From positions 2,025 to 66,024 of the forward strand of contig DAIRSJ010000002.1 of NCBI GenBank assembly GCA_036804445.1: a stretch of DNA of 64,000 nucleotides, read 5' to 3'. Shown one piece after another: positions 19,701 to 27,550 of this stretch. This DNA comes from Candidatus Egerieousia sp. (GTDB lineage: Bacteria > Bacteroidota > Bacteroidia > Bacteroidales > UBA932). Numbering within the stretch: the first letter of the stretch is position 1; each line of letters begins with the position of its first letter. The notes beneath the pieces were generated by a model that was not told where the DNA came from, searched no databases, and saw only the letters and a program-made list of their open reading frames with translations. The position numbers and the translations under genes are program-made.

Positions 19701-20858
19701 TATCCAGAGCAATCCGTCCCTGTCCTGCATAAGCGCGGTAACATTATTCGACGACAAAGATTTGCCTGCACCCCCGTTGATATCGTGAGAGTATGATTTT
19801 ACCCTGTTGAGCAGGCGGGCATAAAGAGACACCCCGTTGTCCCCTCCAACCCATACGTTGTTGTTCCTGTCTACATAAATACAGTAAAACTCACCGGAAG
19901 CGACTGACTCAGAGCAGGAAACATCGTGCACGTATAAAATATTACCGTTCACAACGCCCCCCGTACCTGCAGCCCACAAGTTGGAATTGCGATCAACGGC
20001 AAGACGGGCATGAGATATCGGCAAGGGACCGATCGATTCAAACGACTTGCCGTTACTTCTGCAAACAGTAAGCACACTTTCAAAATCGTCGTAGGCGTAT
20101 AGATTCCCGTCCGCTTTCTGTGCGTAATTTCCTAAAGTGCGACTTGAGGGCAACAATGATAAATTCATGCTATTCCTGTCCGTCATTACCTGACTCAATA
20201 TCATCCTGCCTCCAAGCCAAATACGGCCCTTGGAATCTTCAAATATTTGTTGGTAATAATATTCACCCTCAACATTACCTATCTGATAAGTAACTCTCTT
20301 TGAGACACCGTTTTTGATGTTTATTCTCTCTAAAATTCCGTCAAAATATGCTACCCAAAGAAAACCTTTTTTATCTGCGTAAAGGGCTCTTACATAATTT
20401 CCGTGTGTCTCCGACATGTGCCTTAAAAAAGAAGTTCCTCCGGAAACAGGACGGACTTTACCCCTTATAAGTTCATTGAGTCCGTTTTTGGTCCCTACCC
20501 ATAGATTGCCATAGATATCCTCAGCTAAAGATGTTATAAAATTATCGGAAACGGAAGATGAATCCGTCGAGACCCGTTTGAAAATTTTAAAGCGCACGCC
20601 GTCATACCGGTTCAAACCGTTATCTGTTGCAAACCACATGAAACCGTATCTGTCCTGCAATATTGCATGTACGTTATTAGAACTCAGACCGTCGGAAGAT
20701 GTTATATTTATAAAACGGGCAGAGGTGTCCTTTATGAAACCCGTATTAAATACCGTCTTACTCCCGGCACTACTACTTTGCAAAGCGCCCCGGGAATCAT
20801 CAACCGCAACAAAAAGAATAAATGTGATAAGAAGATATACAATAGTGGAACGACGCAC
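16704..20858 (-). CDS. Sensor histidine kinase with a periplasmic two-component-regulator propeller / Y_Y_Y domain (no receiver, no AraC output)
   Basis: 1384 aa. It has many GLxxF/WxGT propeller repeats (e.g. DRYGFMWFATDNGLNRYDG), a Y_Y_Y-like segment (IEYRYRLKGYEKGWNYV), one TM segment, a HisKA box (FSIISHDLKNP) and an HATPase domain (GTGLGL). Its stop overlaps the regulator's start by 1 nt. Confidence 0.85.
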   Translation of the reverse strand: MRRSTIVYLLITFILFVAVDDSRGALQSSSAGSKTVFNTGFIKDTSARFINITSSDGLSSNNVHAILQDRYGFMWFATDNGLNRYDGVRFKIFKRVSTDSSSVSDNFITSLAEDIYGNLWVGTKNGLNELIRGKVRPVSGGTSFLRHMSETHGNYVRALYADKKGFLWVAYFDGILERINIKNGVSKRVTYQIGNVEGEYYYQQIFEDSKGRIWLGGRMILSQVMTDRNSMNLSLLPSSRTLGNYAQKADGNLYAYDDFESVLTVCRSNGKSFESIGPLPISHARLAVDRNSNLWAAGTGGVVNGNILYVHDVSCSESVASGEFYCIYVDRNNNVWVGGDNGVSLYARLLNRVKSYSHDINGGAGKSLSSNNVTALMQDRDGLLWIGTKDNGVDTLDLSSGRFGNIKYRLFYGKLDNKTVAKEKYTLRQYRLHGQGIIRNPYVNEDNVSCLYQDSKGIIYIGLWAHAGFNVYNKKTKEIRRYALWSEVPGDYCDLFGGNFFGSNWYSDFFEDSHGNFWAATWEGIGLNQFDRTSMAFTGKNYYQRSMMPNDKTTAPTFSRALNRIYIAGGKYYGYCDLKSKRFVQFTQKIPPGYPNAGILNMYYNYLKPGQLKLPMRTSGYEIIYCAGGKNYIQFGGKNYVHDLATDDIKPLKVMPEEILKHIISRQRKIKEEEVNLAGRKWLSGKHINDIYNAGDGRLYLSTSDGFYVVESSNYKLRASYFNNPENAVSIASNDVRGCYGIDDTLFFVGTKAGMEIFNKKTGKFFLLYNKDEYSVSSRLASCITEDIFGNIWYGTTEAGVNVINPATDKVRRYGSYTWDSNSLPDNNITCLKRDIYGNMWVGTGSGLYYVPVRSIPKFSSSSIWSFPGSERFNDFNTKSIGKRVEGMQGLKIMSIEQDRHHRMWVSTNDGIYCYSAKLGRIGVLHKYLGFLQDNYTTRASCSLNVGGRNISPKGSLAFGGDAGFNIFNPDSLLADVHFPSILVTDMRCGEHLLYSDLAGYGKIKKLHHKDNTISFNFGSSDYVTGKYIEYRYRLKGYEKGWNYVRYPSLSAKYTKIPSGAYTIEIQCTNAMGKWPGRAGEVADAGFLAGTGKFELKIRVAAPLLLSWPFILLFVICFCFLTYLLISYRERTLRKKNEKLERVVEKRTMELKEEVESKNKFFSIISHDLKNPVYGIRNLTHSLLENFHGMNDVELGQCLEELGKASSNTAELLDSLLMWVLGQRKIIRPIFSDCLLEGIVNSAIREVSDQAEAKSVLIHNTVRADIKVHTDLNLLTTILRNLLSNAVKFSPRGGEILIFSKSFPNSDHRILLSVKDVGAGMSRDVVENLFRVSPGNSMSGTAGERGTGLGLLIVNELLNKLGESIFVESKIGQGSIFTISIEYL

Positions 20859-20970
20859 GTTTTATCAGTTTAAGTTCCTCAAATTTAATTAAATCGCAAC
20901 TACAGCCGTATTTAGCTACAACGAAGTTACGATTTTTTGAGAAAAAAATGCAATTAAGTATATTTGCGGC

Positions 20971-22413
20971 ATGGCATTTACTAATAACGTTATGATAGTC
21001 CGTCAGGAGCTTTTGGCAAAACTGGTGGAAATGTGGAACAGGGGAAAACTTGTTGAGGAAATTGACCGTCTTCCTATCCAACTCAGTCCAAAGGGGGAAA
21101 AAGTGCGCGGCAGATGCTGTATTCATAAAGAAAGGGCAGTCTGGAAATACAAAAGTTTTCCTTTAATGGGGTTTGACATGAATGATGAGACGGATGAATT
21201 GACCCCTCTTTCCTGGTACGCAAAAAAGGCATTGGAAAGAAAGGACACTTCCAAGGAAAATTTGGTATGTGTTGTTGATGAGGCTTGTTCATCTTGCGTT
21301 CAAGTTAATTATGAGATTACAAATCTTTGCCGCGGATGCGTTGCAAGGATGTGCTATATGAACTGTCCAAAACACGCCATCAACTTCAACAAGATGGGTC
21401 AGGCAGAGATTGATCATGAAAACTGCATAAGTTGCGGAAAATGTTTTCAAAGTTGTCCGTATCATGCAATTGTCTATATACCCGTACCTTGTGAAGAATC
21501 GTGTCCGGTAAAAGCCATAAGCAAAGATGAGAACGGTATTGAACATATAGATGAAAGCAAGTGCATATATTGTGGAAAATGCATTAACGCATGTCCTTTT
21601 GGAGCCATATTTGAGGTCTCCCAGATTTTTGATGTTTTGCAAAGATTAAGGAACAAACAGGAGATGGTTGCAATTGTGGCGCCTTCTATTCTTTCACAAT
21701 TCAGCACTTCGCCGGAAAATGTCTACGGAGCCATTAAATCACTTGGATTTAAGGATGTTATAGAGGTTGCGGAAGGTGCTATGAGGACTACATCCACGGA
21801 AGCTGAAGAATTAAAAAGAAAAATAGCCAACAAGGCTCCGTTTATGACAACAAGTTGCTGCCCCGCATGGGTAGAGCTTGCAAAAAAACATATTCCGGAA
21901 ATGCTGCCGCACCTTTCAACTGCCGGTTCTCCAATGTACTACACCGCATTGATTGCAAACAAAAAATATCCTAACGCGCAAATAGTTTTTATTGGTCCAT
22001 GCCTTGCAAAAAAGAAAGAAACAAGGGATGACCCTAATATTGCTTTTGCTATTACGTTTGAAGAACTTGGCTCAGTGTTCACAGGACTTGGGATTGACTT
22101 GGAAAAAGTGACTCCGTTTAAACCTGCCGTAAGTTCTTACAAAGCAGCCCACGGTTTTGCCCAGGCCGGCGGAGTTATCGGTGCCGTAAAATACATACTT
22201 AAAGATGAGCAGCTAAATGCAATGCAGGTTACCAACCTGGACAAGAAAAATGTAAGCATGCTAAAAATCTACGGAAAAACAGGCAAGGCACCGTCTCCTT
22301 TCATAGAAGTAATGGCATGTGAAGGTGGTTGTGTAACAGGATCTTGCATCTATAATGACAAGCAGACCGCACAGCGTCTTTTAAAAGAGGCTCTGGCTAA
22401 AATCAAAGATTAA
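20971..22413 (+). CDS. Monomeric [FeFe]-hydrogenase-like protein with 4Fe-4S ferredoxin domains
   Basis: 480 aa with two CxxCxxCxxxCP ferredoxin motifs. H-cluster motifs are present: TSCCPAW (L1), GPCLAKKKE (L2) and MACEGGCVTGSC (L3). Confidence 0.8.
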   Translation: MAFTNNVMIVRQELLAKLVEMWNRGKLVEEIDRLPIQLSPKGEKVRGRCCIHKERAVWKYKSFPLMGFDMNDETDELTPLSWYAKKALERKDTSKENLVCVVDEACSSCVQVNYEITNLCRGCVARMCYMNCPKHAINFNKMGQAEIDHENCISCGKCFQSCPYHAIVYIPVPCEESCPVKAISKDENGIEHIDESKCIYCGKCINACPFGAIFEVSQIFDVLQRLRNKQEMVAIVAPSILSQFSTSPENVYGAIKSLGFKDVIEVAEGAMRTTSTEAEELKRKIANKAPFMTTSCCPAWVELAKKHIPEMLPHLSTAGSPMYYTALIANKKYPNAQIVFIGPCLAKKKETRDDPNIAFAITFEELGSVFTGLGIDLEKVTPFKPAVSSYKAAHGFAQAGGVIGAVKYILKDEQLNAMQVTNLDKKNVSMLKIYGKTGKAPSPFIEVMACEGGCVTGSCIYNDKQTAQRLLKEALAKIKD

Positions 22414-22468
22414 TTTTGCAGTTGTGACCGGATTATATACCTTTGCGGTTGCAAATTGAAAGCAAAGC

Positions 22469-22567
22469 ATGAACATTAAAGCGCAAATATTCAATCTTTA
22501 TTATCTTGCCAATCAGACGGCAGGGACTCAGCGCGTTTCTCTTATGTCCATGCGAATGCATCGTTAA
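22469..22567 (+). CDS. Candidate leader peptide MNIKAQIFNLYYLANQTAGTQRVSLMSMRMHR (three Met codons among the last seven sense codons)
   Basis: An ATG sits in an A-rich unstructured context. In-frame Met codons are at 22544, 22550 and 22556. The stop codon lies in the loop of the first of three downstream hairpins, which end in a terminator upstream of metY. Confidence 0.3.
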   Translation: MNIKAQIFNLYYLANQTAGTQRVSLMSMRMHR

Positions 22568-22603
22568 GATGCTTTAAAGTAACCCTTATTAAATTCATAA
22601 GGG

Positions 22604-22633
22604 CCTGTACCAAAGAAGGTACGGGTCTTTTTA
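22604..22633 (+). terminator. Intrinsic terminator / attenuator in the metY leader
   Basis: Stem CCTGTACC/GGTACGGG (one G-U pair) with loop AAAGAA, followed by TCTTTTTA. It lies 94 nt upstream of the metY ATG and 190 nt downstream of the hydrogenase stop. Confidence 0.6.
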
Positions 22634-22692
22634 TTTACAAAAGCGCCACATTTTTTTCACGCGCTTAAATTCAACAAGTAAAAAAAATAATA

Positions 22693-22706
22693 TCTGTCGC
22701 GACAGA
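22693..22706. repeat. Perfect palindrome TCTGTCGCGACAGA, copy 2 of 3
   Basis: Read directly. Its context is AATAATATCTGTCGCGACAGAAAAATTTTTAAAAAAAAGATATG, and it ends 20 nt before the metY ATG. Confidence 0.9.
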
Positions 22707-22726
22707 AAAATTTTTAAAAAAAAGAT

Positions 22727-24004
22727 ATGTCAATTTATAAGTTTGAAACTTTACAGGTACATGCCGGCAACGTTCCGGATCCCACAACAGGAGCAAGCGC
22801 AACACCTATTTATCAAAGTGCTTCATTTGCTCTTAAAAATGTAGAGGAAGGCAGAAAGATTTTTGCCCATGAAGAGGACGGTTTTACCTACACAAGGATT
22901 GTCAATCCAACGATTGATGTCTTTACAAAAAGAATTGCGGCTCTGGAAAACGGCCTTGACGCCGTTGGAGCGGCATCAGGCATAGCAGCGCAATGGCTTG
23001 TAATGCAGGCACTTTGCAAGGCAGGAGATAACCTGATTAGTTCCATTTCACTTTACGGCGGGACGTACGGACAATTTAAAAATACTCTTCCGCAATTTGG
23101 AGTTAATGTTAAGTTTTGCTCATGTGAAGAGCGCAGTGAGGTTGAATCTCTTATTGATGAGAGGACAAGAGGAATATATGTTGAGACAATAGCAAATTCA
23201 AACTTATCTGTTCCGGATTTTGACATGCTTGCGCAAGTGGCTGCCAGCCACCATATTCCGCTAATTGCAGATAACACGGTAGGATGCGGAGGATATTTGT
23301 GCCGGCCAATAGAAAAAGGAGCAAACATTGTAACGCATTCTGCAACAAAGTGGATATGCGGTCATGGAAATACAATTGGAGGGGTCGTAGTAAACGGAGG
23401 AAATTTTGACTGGCATTGCGGAAAATTTCCAAAGTTCACTGAGCCGCAGCCTATTCTGGGAGGCAAGAGTTATTTGGATAGATACGGTAAGTCCGCGTTT
23501 AGCGCACAGCTTATGTTTGAGGGACTTACAAATTTTGGAGGCTGTCTGTCACCGTTTAATGCATTCATGCTTTTGACCGGCGTTGAAACTTTATCTTTAA
23601 GAGTTCAAAGAGTATGCGATAACGCACTGGCTCTTGCACATTGGCTGGAGAAAAATCCAAAAGTTGCAAAAGTTTGTTATCCCGGATTGGAAAGTCACCC
23701 TTCTCACAAAAATGCGGTAAAATATTTAAGCCGCGGATTTGGAGGAATTATATTTGTAGACCTTAAAGCCTCTAAAGAGCAAACGGCCAAAGTCGTAGAA
23801 CGCTTTAAACTTTTCACGCTGCTGGCAAATCTGGGTGACAATAAATCATTGGTTACACATCCGGCAACTTCTACTCACTCGGAACTGTCGGAAGAGGAGC
23901 TTAATAAAGTCGGGATCACGGGAGGCACTTTGCGTCTTTGCATAGGAATAGAGAACATAGAGGACATTATTGCAGACTTTGACAATGCACTTCAAATCAT
24001 CTAG
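22727..24004 (+). CDS. metY: O-acetylhomoserine sulfhydrylase (aminocarboxypropyltransferase)
   Basis: 425 aa. It is a PLP-dependent Cys/Met-metabolism enzyme with the PLP-lysine motif HSATKW. Confidence 0.9.
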   Translation: MSIYKFETLQVHAGNVPDPTTGASATPIYQSASFALKNVEEGRKIFAHEEDGFTYTRIVNPTIDVFTKRIAALENGLDAVGAASGIAAQWLVMQALCKAGDNLISSISLYGGTYGQFKNTLPQFGVNVKFCSCEERSEVESLIDERTRGIYVETIANSNLSVPDFDMLAQVAASHHIPLIADNTVGCGGYLCRPIEKGANIVTHSATKWICGHGNTIGGVVVNGGNFDWHCGKFPKFTEPQPILGGKSYLDRYGKSAFSAQLMFEGLTNFGGCLSPFNAFMLLTGVETLSLRVQRVCDNALALAHWLEKNPKVAKVCYPGLESHPSHKNAVKYLSRGFGGIIFVDLKASKEQTAKVVERFKLFTLLANLGDNKSLVTHPATSTHSELSEEELNKVGITGGTLRLCIGIENIEDIIADFDNALQII

Positions 24005-24027
24005 TTATAAAGATCAGCAATAGAAAG

Positions 24028-25098
24028 ATGGAGAAAAGAGTCCTTAAATACAACAAATCTTTTAAGCTGGAGAGCGGAGAATCCCTGCCGGAACTGGAGA
24101 TATGTTACCATATATCAAAAGATTTCCCCAAGGAGAGCAAAGTCATTTGGATAACTCACGCGCTTACAGCAAATTCAGACCCGTCCGAATGGTGGAATAC
24201 TCTGGTTGGAAAGGGAAAGTTTTTTGACCCGCGCAAGTACACTATTGTCTGCGCAAATTTGCTCGGAAGCTGCTACGGCTCCACCGGTCCCGCCTCCGTA
24301 AACCCCAAAACGGGTAAGCCATATCTGCTTGGTTTTCCAAAGGTTACGGTAAGGGATGAAGTTAATTTTTTGGAGTTATTGCGCAATCACCTTGGAATCA
24401 AAAACATAGACTTAATTATTGGCGGCTCGGTTGGAGGATATCAGGCCATAGAGTGGAGCATCATGTATCCCGATGTAATCAAAAATGCAGTGTTCATTGC
24501 AACCGGTGCGCGCGTTACACCTTGGGAGACGGCATTTAATGAGAGCCAAAGAATGATACTGTATGCGGACGAATCATTTGCAAATGAAGAGAGTATAAAA
24601 GGCGGTCTCAAGGGAATGGGAGCCGCACGCACAGTCGCGCTTATCTCTTACAGAAGCTGCAAGGGATACAATTCAACGCAGCAGGACGCAGATTCCGATT
24701 CCGTTTGGGAACACAGGGCATCGTCATACCAGCGCCATCAGGGAGAAAAATTAGAGAAAAGATTCAATGCGTATTCTTATCTTGAAATGGTCAATCTTTT
24801 TGACAGTCATAATGTCGGCCGCGGACGCGGAGGCGTGGAAAAGGCTTTGGCAAAAATTAAAGCAAAAGTTTTGTGCATTGGCATTGACAGCGATATTTTA
24901 TTTCCGTGGAGTGAACAAAAATTTATTGCAGAACATACCGGCTGCCGCGGCAAAAAAATCAAAAACACAAATAACAGGCACGGTAAATTTATTAAGATAA
25001 AATCAGATTTTGGTCACGACGGTTTCTTATTGGAATACAAACAAATACAAGAAGCTGTCGGGAAAACATTTAAAAATATTTTTTATGCAGGTACTTAA
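24028..25098 (+). CDS. metX: Homoserine O-acetyltransferase
   Basis: 356 aa alpha/beta hydrolase with the nucleophile elbow GGSVGG and C-terminal GHDGFLLE. There is a Lys/Asn-rich insertion just before the catalytic His. Confidence 0.85.
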   Translation: MEKRVLKYNKSFKLESGESLPELEICYHISKDFPKESKVIWITHALTANSDPSEWWNTLVGKGKFFDPRKYTIVCANLLGSCYGSTGPASVNPKTGKPYLLGFPKVTVRDEVNFLELLRNHLGIKNIDLIIGGSVGGYQAIEWSIMYPDVIKNAVFIATGARVTPWETAFNESQRMILYADESFANEESIKGGLKGMGAARTVALISYRSCKGYNSTQQDADSDSVWEHRASSYQRHQGEKLEKRFNAYSYLEMVNLFDSHNVGRGRGGVEKALAKIKAKVLCIGIDSDILFPWSEQKFIAEHTGCRGKKIKNTNNRHGKFIKIKSDFGHDGFLLEYKQIQEAVGKTFKNIFYAGT

Positions 25099-27511
25099 AT
25101 TCGGTGGCAGCTCCGTTGCAAATGCAGAAAACATAAACAGAGTGATTGCCATTGTAAAAAAGAAAATCAAGAGAGATAAAACCGCAGTGGTTGCATCGGC
25201 AATTAGCGGGGCAACAGATGCGCTGATTCAAATAGGAAAGAGGGCACAACTGCAGGATGATTCTTATATCCTGCAGATTGAAGCATTATACCAAAGACAT
25301 ATTGAACTGATAAAAGAACTTGTTCCGGAGGAGGACTCCGCTCCGATAAAGAGCGAGTGCAAAGAGTTATTTGGAAAACTCAGAGAAATTTGCAACGGCG
25401 TCTATTTGCTAAAAGAACTTAGCCCGCTCAGTCTGGACCATATAATGAGTTTTGGAGAGATGCTCTCAACCAAAATTATCAGCTCCAAGCTTAAATCCCT
25501 GAACATAAGCCACGTATGGAAAGATTCCCGCAGCCTTATCAAGACTGAGATATCAGCCGGGGTTAATGTTATCAAAAAAGAAGAGACTGCAAATAACATT
25601 GAAAAATATTTCAATTCCGCACAAAATAATTTGTATATCCTTCCCGGCTTTATTGCATCGGATGACCAGGGGAGAACTACAACATTGGGGAGAGGCGGTT
25701 CCGATTACACAGCCTCTATTTTAGCCGTTGGAACACAGGCGAGAGTTCTGGAGATCTGGACAGATGTAAACGGCATGATGACGGCGGATCCACGCATTGT
25801 ACCGGAGGCCAAACCTATAAGAAACATATCATATAAAGAGGCATTGGAGCTCTCACATTTTGGGGCAAAAGTCGTATACCCCCCTACCATACAACCTGTT
25901 GTTAAACAGGGCATTCCCATATATGTAAAAAACACTTTTGACCCGGAAGACGGCGGCACTGTAATAGAAAAAAATCCGCCGGAGGGGATTGGAAAAATCA
26001 GAGGCATTTCCAGCTCTGACAAAATTGCTCTGCTGAGCATGGAGGGAAGCGGAATGGTTGGCGTACCCGGCTACTCCAGCAGATTGTTTGATGTACTTTC
26101 TCAAAACAATATCAACATAATTCTCATTACTCAGGCATCATCGGTTCACACAATGTGCATTGCAATACCTGAGTCTGACGCAGCAAAAGCAAAGAAGGCG
26201 GCGGATGAATTATTTGCCTATGAAATCTCTCTTGGAAAAGTAGATCCGCTAAAAGTTGAGAAAGGTTTCTCTATTATATCACTGGTCGGGGACGACCTTA
26301 AAAATCAGAGCGGTGCAAGCGGCAGAATGTTTGACGCATTAGGCCGTGAAGGAATAAACATCCGCGCAATTGCACAGGGTTCATCAGAAAAAAATGTTTC
26401 CACGGTTCTTCATACGGAAGATGTTAAAGCTGCAATCCGCGCCATCCATAAAGAATTTTTCAGCGGAAAAGGGAGAAGAATTAATTTGTTCTTTGCAGGG
26501 TGCGGAACAGTTGGTTCGGCACTGATAGATATGATAACCAGACAGCATGACTTCATATCCGATCAGCTAGGCAAAGATTTGGTTATCTGCGGATTATCAG
26601 ACAGTAAAAATTATATTACGGCTCGCGACGGGGTAAAAATCACTGCAGGAAAAAAGGAAAATGACAACACACGGGAACTGTCAAAAGACGATATCAAAAA
26701 AATTCTTGCAGCCGGAGAGAAAAATTCAGGCAGCAACTATATGGAAAAAATATGCGATCTGAATCTAAGTAATTCCATATTTGTGGACTGCACCTCAAGT
26801 AAATCAATTGCAGGTACATACGTGGATTTGTTCCATCACAAAATTGCAGTAGCAACCTGCAACAAAATTGCAAATTCACTCTCTTATGATTCATATAAAG
26901 AGCTATTTGATGTTGCAAGAACCGAGGGGACAAAGTATAAATATGAAACAACCGTTGGAGCCGCACTGCCCGTTATAAGCACTGTAAAACAGATTGTTAA
27001 CAGCGGGGATAAAATAAGGAAGATAGAAGGGATACTGTCGGGAACTCTAAATTATTTATTAAGCAATTACAGTGGAAAAGATTTTTCAGCGCTGGTGGAG
27101 AAGGCGAGAAAACTTGGTTACACGGAACCCGACCCTAGAACAGATTTAAGCGGAACGGATGTACTCAGAAAATTTTTGATTTTAAGCAGAGAGGCAGGAT
27201 TCAAACTGGATATCAATGATTTAAACTATAAGCCTTTCTTTGAGGGAAAATATGAACCCCGCTTAAAGAAACTTTATGAAGAGGCGACAAAGGCGGAGAA
27301 AAAATTAAGATTTATTGCAAAACTGGATCCTAAAATTTTTATCGGAATAGAGGCGGTGGATGCAAAACATCCGTTCTACGGCGTGGAGGGCAGTGATAAC
27401 GCAATCATCTTAACCACAGAATTTTATCCGCAAGGTATTATGATACGCGGAGCAGGCGCCGGAGCAAGACAGACTGCCTCCGGATTGTTCAATGATATCC
27501 TGTCCATTTAA
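25085..27511 (+). CDS. thrA: Bifunctional aspartokinase / homoserine dehydrogenase
   Basis: The start is taken at MQVLKFGGSSVANAENI (25085), because the tracked ORF start at 25010 lies inside metX. It contains aspartokinase, ACT repeats and an HSDH domain (NLFFAGCGTVGSALI). It overlaps metX by 14 nt. Confidence 0.85.
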   Translation: MQVLKFGGSSVANAENINRVIAIVKKKIKRDKTAVVASAISGATDALIQIGKRAQLQDDSYILQIEALYQRHIELIKELVPEEDSAPIKSECKELFGKLREICNGVYLLKELSPLSLDHIMSFGEMLSTKIISSKLKSLNISHVWKDSRSLIKTEISAGVNVIKKEETANNIEKYFNSAQNNLYILPGFIASDDQGRTTTLGRGGSDYTASILAVGTQARVLEIWTDVNGMMTADPRIVPEAKPIRNISYKEALELSHFGAKVVYPPTIQPVVKQGIPIYVKNTFDPEDGGTVIEKNPPEGIGKIRGISSSDKIALLSMEGSGMVGVPGYSSRLFDVLSQNNINIILITQASSVHTMCIAIPESDAAKAKKAADELFAYEISLGKVDPLKVEKGFSIISLVGDDLKNQSGASGRMFDALGREGINIRAIAQGSSEKNVSTVLHTEDVKAAIRAIHKEFFSGKGRRINLFFAGCGTVGSALIDMITRQHDFISDQLGKDLVICGLSDSKNYITARDGVKITAGKKENDNTRELSKDDIKKILAAGEKNSGSNYMEKICDLNLSNSIFVDCTSSKSIAGTYVDLFHHKIAVATCNKIANSLSYDSYKELFDVARTEGTKYKYETTVGAALPVISTVKQIVNSGDKIRKIEGILSGTLNYLLSNYSGKDFSALVEKARKLGYTEPDPRTDLSGTDVLRKFLILSREAGFKLDINDLNYKPFFEGKYEPRLKKLYEEATKAEKKLRFIAKLDPKIFIGIEAVDAKHPFYGVEGSDNAIILTTEFYPQGIMIRGAGAGARQTASGLFNDILSI

Positions 27512-27550
27512 AATCATTCAATAATAAACTAGAAAATAAAATATCATAAA

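Noticed and set aside
22480-22600. SAM riboswitch upstream of metY
   Set aside because: I looked for SAM-I core elements (CUUAUCaAGAG, GGAGGGA, GCAACC, GGUGCcAA, AGAUaAG) and the SAM-II 3' AAAGCU element on both strands. I found no convincing match. The region is therefore reported only as a generic structured leader with a Met-rich mini-ORF, and a covariance-model scan is still needed.
25010-25084. Upstream start for thrA at 25010
   Set aside because: The extension lies inside the metX coding region in another frame. The conserved aspartokinase N-terminus (MQVLKFGGSS) begins at 25085.
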